A stretch of DNA of 64,000 nucleotides, from positions 1-64,000 of the IMG/VR virus record IMGVR_UViG_3300044640_001495. One strand, written 5' to 3'. This document shows positions 52,784 to 59,761 of the stretch, piece after piece (the stretch's first letter is position 1; every line of letters starts with the position of its first letter). The translations under genes and the position numbers were made by a program. Below the pieces are notes generated by a model. That model worked only from the letters and a program-made list of their open reading frames with translations. It did no database searches and was not told the DNA's origin.

Positions 52784-53138
52784 AATGAAATTCAAATGGG
52801 AAACTGATCAGTGGGGGCATGAATACATTTTTCTTGGCGACCGACCCACTAAGACTATATATCAGTATATGATAATAGATGATCGTGTAGAAGAAACCAA
52901 AGAAATCATAGTATATACATTTACAATGGGAGATGTAGAAGACCCAGACCTATATGCTGCCCAACCGCTTTGGGACTGGCAACAGAGCGAACAAGGCAAA
53001 TGGATAATGGAACATGCAGTCGAAACTCCTGTATGGCATAGAATGGTAGATCACTTTGATCGTGGTTACAAGTATCAAGTCCGTGCCAAATTACAGGGTG
53101 CCAGGCTAACAGAATGGTTGTTGAGACACGGTAAATGA
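52776..53138 (+). CDS. hypothetical protein
   Basis: VEDPDLYAAQPLWDW...G.W.ME motif; ends LTEWLLRHG. Confidence 0.62.
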   Translation: MSKMKFKWETDQWGHEYIFLGDRPTKTIYQYMIIDDRVEETKEIIVYTFTMGDVEDPDLYAAQPLWDWQQSEQGKWIMEHAVETPVWHRMVDHFDRGYKYQVRAKLQGARLTEWLLRHGK

Positions 53139-53392
53139 TAGATCCGGATCCAACTCCAACTATTATGAGGGCTCAACGGGCAGAAGAACATCTCAAAGTA
53201 GACGATAAGCTAATGACACTATTAGGTACCTATCATGCTATAGTGTTACGAGATGATGACTTTGCAGAAAAACTCACATGGTGTTTAGAGAATTGTCAAA
53301 ACAAATTCCGTGATCTTGCACACCCAACCGGTCGTGCTTGGTATTTTCAAAATGAACAGGATGCAACTATGTTTGCAATGAAATGGGCATGA
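53135..53392 (+). CDS. short paralog-family protein
   Basis: C-terminal WYFQNEQDATMFAMKW. Confidence 0.62.
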   Translation: MIDPDPTPTIMRAQRAEEHLKVDDKLMTLLGTYHAIVLRDDDFAEKLTWCLENCQNKFRDLAHPTGRAWYFQNEQDATMFAMKWA

Positions 53393-53646
53393 CACTAGAA
53401 GAAGAAATTGCCAATAAGGCCGCTAGTGAAATGGCTAGAGAAATAGATCGAGAGGTACTTTGGGGTCTGTTTGAAGGCATTGGTTGGACTCGATTTAAAA
53501 TCAGTCGACTAACGGACAACAATCATGCCATAGATATCACCAATTGGTTATCGGATAATTGTAAGGGCCAGTTTGAACGAAACGGTGCAGAATTTCTTTT
53601 TGAAGATTCCAAAGATGCTGTACTCTTTATGTTGCGTTGGGGTTGA
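53383..53646 (+). CDS. short paralog-family protein
   Basis: C-terminal FLFEDSKDAVLFMLRW. Confidence 0.62.
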   Translation: MGMTLEEEIANKAASEMAREIDREVLWGLFEGIGWTRFKISRLTDNNHAIDITNWLSDNCKGQFERNGAEFLFEDSKDAVLFMLRWG

Positions 53647-53671
53647 CTTGTGAGCAGTATGGTGTTATAAT
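53643..53671 (+). promoter_or_regulatory. sigma70-type promoter
   Basis: TTGACT-N17-TATAAT. Confidence 0.8.
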
Positions 53672-53700
53672 ATACATATCGTTAATTACTAGGAGTTGGC

Positions 53701-53928
53701 ATGTTATATCAATTGGTACTAATTACTAATCTGGGTGCTATTACACCGTTGGTGTCTTACAACGATCTCACTGCTTGCCTGCAACAACGTGCGATGATGT
53801 CAAAATCAGCACAGTACTCAGCAGAGTGTTTGCCCACTCAGAGTCCCGAAGAACTTAAAAAACAGATACAATCGCAATTTAAAATGATGAACGAACTTCT
53901 GCAAGAACTACAGAGAACACAAAAATGA
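53701..53928 (+). CDS. hypothetical protein
   Basis: 75 aa ORF with GGAG RBS. Confidence 0.55.
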   Translation: MLYQLVLITNLGAITPLVSYNDLTACLQQRAMMSKSAQYSAECLPTQSPEELKKQIQSQFKMMNELLQELQRTQK

Positions 53929-54329
53929 AAATAGGTTTCAGTTTTGGACGATGTATTCGAGACATTGTCAATGGTGAAGTGAGTTATGACGATGTTGCTT
54001 GGATCATTTCGGGTACTGCACTTCGCGATATAGAAACCGTTAAATTCTGCATTCAAGATTATATGTATCGTCATGATTATCTAGAAGGACTAGACGAAGA
54101 GCAGTGTATGGAAGTAGGCATGCGATTGTACAACGAAGGCAAGGTGTTTCAACCTCGTCTACAAGATATTCGTGCTTTTCGTATTCCCGAAGGCGCAATT
54201 TGGGCCGACCTATTCCCTACTAACATGGCCAATAACCATGCAGCCAAAACAGCATGGGAAGCCTACAGATTCATGCTACATATGACTGTACAAGTTCCAG
54301 AGGATGTAAAAGAAAATTGGAAAGGATAA
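53925..54329 (+). CDS. hypothetical protein
   Basis: MKIGFSFGRCIRDIV.GEV motif. Confidence 0.6.
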   Translation: MKIGFSFGRCIRDIVNGEVSYDDVAWIISGTALRDIETVKFCIQDYMYRHDYLEGLDEEQCMEVGMRLYNEGKVFQPRLQDIRAFRIPEGAIWADLFPTNMANNHAAKTAWEAYRFMLHMTVQVPEDVKENWKG

Positions 54330-54332
54330 AAC

Positions 54333-54524
54333 ATGACAATAATCAAAGAAGGCAGTAAATGGGATGGCGGCAACGGTAAGATTTTTAGGGTAATACAGAT
54401 TGTGGAAGTAGAAAATCATACTTGGATTCACTACATCAATGATCATTTGCCAGAAAGCAAAAATAGAGAATACAGTTGTTATCGAGAAAGTTTTTTATCT
54501 AGATTTAGACCACTACCAGAATGA
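54333..54524 (+). CDS. hypothetical protein
   Basis: 63 aa ORF. Confidence 0.55.
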   Translation: MTIIKEGSKWDGGNGKIFRVIQIVEVENHTWIHYINDHLPESKNREYSCYRESFLSRFRPLPE

Positions 54525-54799
54525 TACACATAAATTTTAGTATAGATAATCCGTGGCGTCGATCAAGATTTTACTATCTTAGCAACATCAACGGACAGCT
54601 TACTGAAAATAAATGCTGGGAGATAGAACAGTATCTATCAGGCGGTCTAGTTGAGTTTGAATTTAACTTTACTGTTAGACAAGACCATGCAGGATTTGAA
54701 TTATCTTTGGGCCTGCTAGGCTATAACATTCATTTTAATTTTTACGATCGACGACATTGGGACAACGAAACAAACACTTGGAAAACATATGAAAATTAA
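54521..54799 (+). CDS. hypothetical protein
   Basis: 92 aa ORF with ATGA overlap. Confidence 0.55.
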   Translation: MIHINFSIDNPWRRSRFYYLSNINGQLTENKCWEIEQYLSGGLVEFEFNFTVRQDHAGFELSLGLLGYNIHFNFYDRRHWDNETNTWKTYEN

Positions 54800-54956
54800 A
54801 TTTGATAAAAACACAATGCCAGATGAACTCTACAATTCACTCCTACAACATTTTGTAAATGAAGCTGTAGGACTCGGAGTCAATGTAAACAAGTTTACAG
54901 AATTTAACAATTGGGTCGTTGAGTGTGAAGTAGACGCAAAAGAGGCGGTACATTAA
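54789..54956 (+). CDS. small hypothetical protein (55 aa; not in ORF track)
   Basis: MKIKFDKNTMPDELYNSLLQHFVNEA...; fills the gap in the operon. Confidence 0.55.
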   Translation: MKIKFDKNTMPDELYNSLLQHFVNEAVGLGVNVNKFTEFNNWVVECEVDAKEAVH

Positions 54957-54958
54957 TT

Positions 54959-55180
54959 ATGAAAACATTTGATACATTTGAACAAGTAGCGGACATGGGT
55001 GCCTGTGTTAAGCGTCCTATTGTTGTTCATGCTAAAAAAATTGATGAGGAATTTCGTGTTAACACACTGGAAGGCAATTACAAACAGGGCAAGCCCGGTG
55101 ACTACCTAATGCGTGGCATTGATGGCGAGTTGTATATTTGTGATGGCCCTATTTTTGAACGCTCATACGATTTCGTCTAA
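54959..55180 (+). CDS. PGDYG-like small protein
   Basis: TLEG...GKPGDYLMRGIDGELY.C...IF..SY. Confidence 0.7.
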   Translation: MKTFDTFEQVADMGACVKRPIVVHAKKIDEEFRVNTLEGNYKQGKPGDYLMRGIDGELYICDGPIFERSYDFV

Positions 55181-55186
55181 TACAGT

Positions 55187-55648
55187 ATGACTAAAAAGAT
55201 CTATTATGAAAAACTTGGAAGACGTTATGTCCCTGTGGCAGAGTATGATAATGACCTGTTGGATAGCTTTACAAAAGGTACTCACTTGGTTATGTCTTAC
55301 CCCGGAGGGCAGTCTCGCTGTTTTAATATTGATCCTAACTATGCTGCCATGATTGCGGCAGGCCGTGTGGCTGAAGATGCCATCTGTCGAGCCATATCCA
55401 AAGCCAGCGAAATGAAGCCACAGAGAACTCCTATTACTCCCGGACAAAAGAAAGCCTGGGAGAAGCTAGCCAAAGAGTTTGGAGATGAATTATGTCCGTT
55501 GACCTATGGTAGTTACAGAGATCATGCGGAAGCTGGTGTTAAGGCCATGCAAGAGGAAGCAGACAAACTGATGCAACACGAAAGTGTACGCAAAGCCTAC
55601 GATCACTTTCAATTGATGTGCGAACTTACCAAGGAAAAAAATGAATGA
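55187..55648 (+). CDS. hypothetical protein
   Basis: 153 aa ORF. Confidence 0.62.
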   Translation: MTKKIYYEKLGRRYVPVAEYDNDLLDSFTKGTHLVMSYPGGQSRCFNIDPNYAAMIAAGRVAEDAICRAISKASEMKPQRTPITPGQKKAWEKLAKEFGDELCPLTYGSYRDHAEAGVKAMQEEADKLMQHESVRKAYDHFQLMCELTKEKNE

Positions 55649-55826
55649 TCCTATAAAAGAACGAATGATAGAACTAATGGAACCCATTGATCGTCAGATC
55701 ATGATGTGTGACGACAGACATGATCAGCTCATGTTGGCCTGCGCCATGCTGACCACAGTAAAAGATCTGTTTGATCTGCATATTGGCGAAGATGGCCGTA
55801 AGCAGATGTTTAAGGATTTTGTATAA
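55641..55826 (+). CDS. hypothetical protein
   Basis: 61 aa ORF. Confidence 0.55.
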   Translation: MNDPIKERMIELMEPIDRQIMMCDDRHDQLMLACAMLTTVKDLFDLHIGEDGRKQMFKDFV

Positions 55827-56047
55827 TGTATAAAACTATGTATAAAGAAGTCGAAGTAGATGTTGATTTAAGTGACTTTGACACCGATGATCTAATTGAA
55901 GAATTGGAGTCACGTGGCTCAGGTGTTATGAACTACGGTGATGGGACAGATGTACTACGAGCGATCTATGAAAAACGTAGACTAGGACAAGATTATCAAA
56001 CAGAATTAGATCAACTTATTTGGTTAGGATTGGGCAAAGTTGTATGA
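55826..56047 (+). CDS. hypothetical protein
   Basis: 73 aa acidic ORF. Confidence 0.55.
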   Translation: MYKTMYKEVEVDVDLSDFDTDDLIEELESRGSGVMNYGDGTDVLRAIYEKRRLGQDYQTELDQLIWLGLGKVV

Positions 56048-56424
56048 CTGAAATACAGCTGATTATACTGCTTTTGGCTCTCTTTGGCATTAAACATTTT
56101 ATATGTGATTTTCTACTGCAATTTCCCTATATGCTAGAACAAAAGGGCATCTACGGTGCAGAGGGTGGGGTACATCACGCCACTATGCACGGAGTTTGGA
56201 CTTGGGTTATTTTGTTGCCATTTTTAGGCACAATGGCAGTTTTTGCCGCACTATTTGACATGGTAGCACACTATCATATCGATTGGGCAAAACAACAGTT
56301 GAATCAAGGGCTGACTCCTGCAGATCGCACATTTTGGGTTTGGTTTGGGCTAGATCAAGCTCTCCATTATTTGACCTATATCGTTATTATTGGCTGGGCT
56401 GTAGGTGTATTCTCTATTAACTGA
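56044..56424 (+). CDS. DUF3307-family membrane protein
   Basis: KHFICDF.LQ...M...KG, H...H, HY.ID..K and GLDQ.LH. Confidence 0.8.
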   Translation: MTEIQLIILLLALFGIKHFICDFLLQFPYMLEQKGIYGAEGGVHHATMHGVWTWVILLPFLGTMAVFAALFDMVAHYHIDWAKQQLNQGLTPADRTFWVWFGLDQALHYLTYIVIIGWAVGVFSIN

Positions 56425-56471
56425 TAGTATAATTACTAGATATGATAAGTAATAGTACGCAAGGGGCAGCA

Positions 56472-57029
56472 GTGAAAAAAATAGACGAATTTAACGCCAG
56501 CGATCGTATTGGCATAAAATTACTGGAAAATTCGGTTCATTTTCTAACCGGCGAAATTACCGAAGAAAACGTCAACGAATGCATCAAATGGTTGGTCTAC
56601 GAAAATCTAGAAGCTAAAGAAAAAGTTCTTACTCTGTATGTTAATTCATCGGGCGGAGATCTTTACCAGGCATTTGCTCTCATTGACATCATGCGAAACA
56701 GCAAACACATTGTTCGCACTGTGGGTATAGGCAGTGTTATGAGTGCTGCATTTTTGATTTTTACCAGTGGCGATCATGGAGAAAGACACATTGCAGCCAA
56801 CACAGGTATTATGTGTCATCAATTCTCCGGCGGAACTGACGCCAAGTTTCACGACCTAAAAGCAGAAATGAAAGAGAATGAGATGTTAAACAAGAAGATG
56901 GTTGACATACTTAAGAACGCAACCGGATTAGCCCCATCAAGAATTAAAACAAAACTGTTGCCAGCCAGTGATGTTTATCTAACAGCACAAGAAGCCATCG
57001 AACTCGGCATTGCCGATCATTTAATATAA
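56472..57029 (+). CDS. clpP: ClpP-like ATP-dependent protease proteolytic subunit
   Basis: LYVNSSGG, GSVMSAAF (Ser), MCHQF (His) and DVYLTAQEAIELGIAD. Confidence 0.88.
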   Translation: MKKIDEFNASDRIGIKLLENSVHFLTGEITEENVNECIKWLVYENLEAKEKVLTLYVNSSGGDLYQAFALIDIMRNSKHIVRTVGIGSVMSAAFLIFTSGDHGERHIAANTGIMCHQFSGGTDAKFHDLKAEMKENEMLNKKMVDILKNATGLAPSRIKTKLLPASDVYLTAQEAIELGIADHLI

Positions 57030-57039
57030 AAGGTCAAAT

Positions 57040-57294
57040 ATGGAAGTCGTAAGCATTAACAGCAGACGCAAAGAACAGATTCAAGAAGAAGAGCAAAAAA
57101 AAGCCATGCTGGAGGTGGTTGACTTTATCAGGCAGTCAATTGACCAAGGTGTCATAAAAGAATTCGTTGCCTGCTCAATTGACAATAGTGGAGAGTGCCA
57201 GATACATGTGGCTGCAATGGACCTGCCCGGCAGCGTGGGTCTTTTTGAAATTGGCAAACACATTCTAATCAGCGGCGAATCAACATTTGATTAA
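57040..57294 (+). CDS. hypothetical protein
   Basis: 84 aa ORF. Confidence 0.6.
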   Translation: MEVVSINSRRKEQIQEEEQKKAMLEVVDFIRQSIDQGVIKEFVACSIDNSGECQIHVAAMDLPGSVGLFEIGKHILISGESTFD

Positions 57295-57332
57295 ATGTGG
57301 CAAAAAAGCCACATAATGTGACCGTATTTCTA

Positions 57333-57447
57333 TTGACACATAAATAAAAAGACAATATAATACATACAGTTGGTTAGGAAGGCGTCAAAATTTATTTTGC
57401 CTAAAATGCAAATAAAGGTTGACACAGAGACTAAATAACTGTATAAT
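57333..57447 (+). promoter_or_regulatory. tandem sigma70-type promoters upstream of the tRNA region
   Basis: TTGACA-N17-TATAAT at 57333-57361 and again at 57419-57447. Confidence 0.85.
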
Positions 57448-57504
57448 TAAAACATAGACAGCAAGGTGTTGTCTATAAAAGGAAAAGAAAGGAAAAGAAA
57501 GCAA

Positions 57505-57648
57505 ATGAAACTCAGATCATCTTTTAGTCATTTTAATTCGATACCTAAGCAGGTAGGCGTGATGGCCTCTTGCTGGTTAGCGATTAATAGTCTATCATAT
57601 GATCGTACACCAGAGCTAGAGCCGGGGTCCGTGGAGATGTTAGTGTAA
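57505..57648 (+). CDS. putative leader peptide (47 aa)
   Basis: ATG after a purine-rich tract; overlaps the antiterminator strand of a terminator. Confidence 0.4.
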   Translation: MKLRSSFSHFNSIPKQVGVMASCWLAINSLSYDRTPELEPGSVEMLV

Positions 57649-57676
57649 ACTCAAAATACACTTAAACTTCAAAGGA

Positions 57677-57704
57677 CCCTAGGATTAAAACCCTGGGGTT
57701 TTTT
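57677..57704 (+). terminator. intrinsic terminator with competing antiterminator
   Basis: ccctagg-attaaaac-cctgggg-tttttt; ggggtcc (57624-57630) can pair with ggaccct (57674-57680). Confidence 0.7.
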
Positions 57705-57721
57705 GTTTTCCGCAAGGAAAA

Positions 57722-57883
57722 ATGGAATTAGAGATAGATAAAAACTACGAAGTTGAACATAGCGAGAATTTTGTGCTAACGGCAGAACAGACAAGGAAAC
57801 TTATCTGGCAAAAGTTTGCAAGAAATAACATGCTAGATCAACTAGAAGAGCGAGAAAGGCAGTTTCAAAAACTTGCTGAATAA
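57722..57883 (+). CDS. small hypothetical protein (53 aa; not in ORF track)
   Basis: AAGGA RBS; MELEIDKNYEVEHSENF... Confidence 0.5.
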   Translation: MELEIDKNYEVEHSENFVLTAEQTRKLIWQKFARNNMLDQLEERERQFQKLAE

Positions 57884-58124
57884 CGCAAAAGTGCAATAGA
57901 TTACGGGAACGAGGCCCGGGCAGCGCACTCAAAACATGCTGCGAACGGGCGGACTAGTGGATGGCTTATCCTTGTGTGGATAAAAAAATACTAGTTATAT
58001 TAAAGCGTACTCCAAAACTAGAATGTTTAGGGGACAAGGCCACGAGCCGAGTACGTTTTAATATACACTCTTCATTCACCTTTGAACGGTGTCTAAAAGC
58101 ATAGCGGAGAGTGTAAACAATTTT

Positions 58125-58213
58125 GGACGAGTGCGCTGAATTGGTTGAAGGCAACGGACTGTAAATCCGCCACATAAGAAACATTGTAGGTTCGACTCCT
58201 ACCTCGTCCACCA
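58125..58213 (+). tRNA. tRNA-Tyr(GTA)
   Basis: Acceptor ggacgag/ctcgtcc, loop CT-GTA-AA, long variable arm, CCA. Confidence 0.9.
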
Positions 58214-58222
58214 AACGAATGG

Positions 58223-58251
58223 TTGACTTTTTTTTGGATTGGTGTTATACT
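58223..58251 (+). promoter_or_regulatory. sigma70-type promoter
   Basis: TTGACT-N17-TATACT. Confidence 0.75.
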
Positions 58252-58281
58252 ATTAATACTGTGAACTTAAAAGGAAATCAA

Positions 58282-58476
58282 ATGCAATCGTATCGTGTTT
58301 ATGTTGAAGTGGGTTCGTATGCAGGTGAAGGTACCAGCGGTGCTTTTCAAACTGAGAGCCTTCGACAATTTGAAACTGTAGTAAATGCCCAGACATCCGG
58401 AGATGCTGTGCGTATAGCAGAAGCCCAATATGGTGGCCAAGAACGGTGCCGTGTCACGTTCCGCGGCGTTGCTTAA
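58282..58476 (+). CDS. small hypothetical protein within the tRNA array
   Basis: AAGGA RBS; own promoter; 64 aa. Confidence 0.6.
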   Translation: MQSYRVYVEVGSYAGEGTSGAFQTESLRQFETVVNAQTSGDAVRIAEAQYGGQERCRVTFRGVA

Positions 58477-58484
58477 CAATTTTA

Positions 58485-58559
58485 GGTCTGTTCGTATAGA
58501 GGTTATTACTGCGGATTGTCTATCCGCTTACGGGGGTTCGATTCCCCCACAGACCGCCA
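58485..58559 (+). tRNA. tRNA-Asp(GTC)
   Basis: gcgga-TT GTC TA-tccgc; T-loop TTCGATT; CCA. Confidence 0.92.
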
Positions 58560-58566
58560 AGTTTAT

Positions 58567-58643
58567 TCCTCGGTAGCACAGTTGGTAGTTGCGCGGCACT
58601 GTTAATGCCGATGTCGGAAGTTCGAGCCTTCCCCGGGGAGCCA
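58567..58643 (+). tRNA. tRNA-Asn(GTT)
   Basis: cggca-CT GTT AA-tgccg; CCA. Confidence 0.92.
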
Positions 58644-58648
58644 ATAAT

Positions 58649-58724
58649 GTATCCTTAGCTCAATTGGCAGAGCGCTGGTCTCCAAAACCAGAGGTTCGCG
58701 GTTCGAGGCCGTGAGGGTACGCCA
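58649..58724 (+). tRNA. tRNA-Trp(CCA)
   Basis: ctggt-CT CCA AA-accag; CCA. Confidence 0.92.
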
Positions 58725-58732
58725 AGTTTTAT

Positions 58733-58807
58733 GGACCGTTCGTCTATCGGTTAGGACACTAGGTTTTCATCCTGGTAAGAGGGGTTCGACTCCCCTACGG
58801 TCTTCCA
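58733..58807 (+). tRNA. tRNA-Glu(TTC)
   Basis: ctagg-TT TTC AT-cctgg; CCA. Confidence 0.92.
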
Positions 58808-58814
58808 AATTTAT

Positions 58815-58892
58815 GTGGCGGTGGCAGAGAGGCCCATTGCAACGGATTGCAAATCCGTAAAATCGTGAGTTCAAATCTCACCCGCCACTCCA
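58815..58892 (+). tRNA. tRNA-Cys(GCA)
   Basis: acgga-TT GCA AA-tccgt; U73; CCA. Confidence 0.9.
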
Positions 58893-58942
58893 AACATGGC
58901 TCCACTCGTTCGACATAGTCGATGCTGTGGAGTTTTTCTTTT

Positions 58943-59023
58943 GCCCCGGTAGACAAATTGGCAAAGTCGTCTCTCTCAAAAAGAGAAATTTAAATGCGGG
59001 TTCAACTCCCGCCCGGGGTACCA
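58943..59023 (+). tRNA. tRNA-Leu(CAA)
   Basis: tctct-CT CAA AA-agaga; small variable arm; CCA. Confidence 0.88.
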
Positions 59024-59028
59024 ATCAT

Positions 59029-59118
59029 GGAAGTATGGCTGAGCATGGCTTAAGGCAGCAGTCTTGAAAACTGAAGGCTCGAAAGGGTCCGTGGGTTCGA
59101 ATCCTACTACTTCCGCCA
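59029..59118 (+). tRNA. tRNA-Ser(TGA)
   Basis: cagt-CT TGA AA-actg; long variable arm; G73; CCA. Confidence 0.9.
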
Positions 59119-59240
59119 ACTATGGACGAATCATTTGAGCAGTGTTAGATGCACACGGGTTACCTTTCCTAACCGCCAAGTGGCGTACCCCTGCCGAATG
59201 ACCTGGGCGTGGCAGTGATAATGATTCGTCCGCCTAATAC

Positions 59241-59315
59241 AGCCTATTAGCTCAGTGGTAGAGCACCGTCTTGATAAGGCGGGGGTCCTTGGATCGTTCC
59301 CAAGATAGGCTACCA
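59241..59315 (+). tRNA. tRNA-Ile(GAT) with non-canonical T-loop ATCGTTC
   Basis: ccgtc-TT GAT AA-ggcgg; acceptor agcctat/ataggct; CCA. Confidence 0.88.
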
Positions 59316-59337
59316 ATTTTTTAAAAGGAGATCTGTC

Positions 59338-59382
59338 ATGACTAGTGACAAGAGTGATAAGATAACGGGGGTGAAACTTTAA
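59338..59382 (+). CDS. 14-aa mini-ORF overlapping the 5' end of tRNA-Lys
   Basis: AAGGAG RBS; MTSDKSDKITGVKL*. Confidence 0.35.
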   Translation: MTSDKSDKITGVKL

Positions 59383-59440
59383 GGTGAAGTAACTGGCTTT
59401 TAACCAGTAAAACTCGGATCGTTCCCGAGCACCCCTACCA
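59367..59440 (+). tRNA. tRNA-Lys(TTT) with non-canonical T-loop ATCGTTC
   Basis: actgg-CT TTT AA-ccagt; CCA. Confidence 0.85.
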
Positions 59441-59521
59441 TATAAAAACACATTAGGCCTGGTCATAGACCATCGCGGGTATAGTGCCTTCCGTGCCGCG
59501 GACTTGAGTGTGTTTTTATAT

Positions 59522-59597
59522 GGTAATATAGCATAGTGGCTAATGCAGTTGCTTCATACGCAGCCTATCGTTGGTTCGAGTCCAACTATTACCACCA
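59522..59597 (+). tRNA. tRNA with CAT anticodon (elongator Met or lysidine-Ile2)
   Basis: gttgc-TT CAT AC-gcagc; paired G1-C72, so not initiator-like; CCA. Confidence 0.88.
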
Positions 59598-59603
59598 AGT
59601 TGT

Positions 59604-59677
59604 TGGGGGTTAGTTAAATGGTATAACCGCGGATTTTGATTCCGCTATTAAAGGTTCGATTCCTTTACCCTCTGCCA
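59604..59677 (+). tRNA. tRNA-Gln(TTG)
   Basis: gcgga-TT TTG AT-tccgc; U1-U72 mismatch; CCA. Confidence 0.88.
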
Positions 59678-59685
59678 AAAAATAA

Positions 59686-59760
59686 CGGTCCTTAGTTCAA
59701 TGGATAGAATGCTTGGCTTCGAACCAAGCGGTGTGGGTTCGATTCCTGCAGGACCGGCCA
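59686..59760 (+). tRNA. tRNA-Arg(TCG)
   Basis: cttgg-CT TCG AA-ccaag; CCA. Confidence 0.9.
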
Positions 59761-59761
59761 A

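Noticed and set aside
57481-57501. GGAAAAGAAA direct repeat as a regulatory element
   Set aside because: Only two copies of a low-complexity purine tract, which cannot be separated from slippage or an extended RBS region.
58896-58940. Additional tRNA or sRNA between tRNA-Cys and tRNA-Leu
   Set aside because: A single ctccac/gtggag hairpin followed by a T-run is adequately explained as a terminator-like or processing hairpin.
57966-59466. Minus-strand ORFs 57966..58214 and 59131..59466
   Set aside because: They are antisense read-throughs of tRNA genes and structured spacers, with no coding features.
59453-59510. Theta/HDV-like ribozyme next to tRNA-Lys
   Set aside because: A P1-like cgcgg/ccgcg and an L3-like cttccgt exist, but P3 has only 2 bp and no P2 partner (ctatac) lies downstream.
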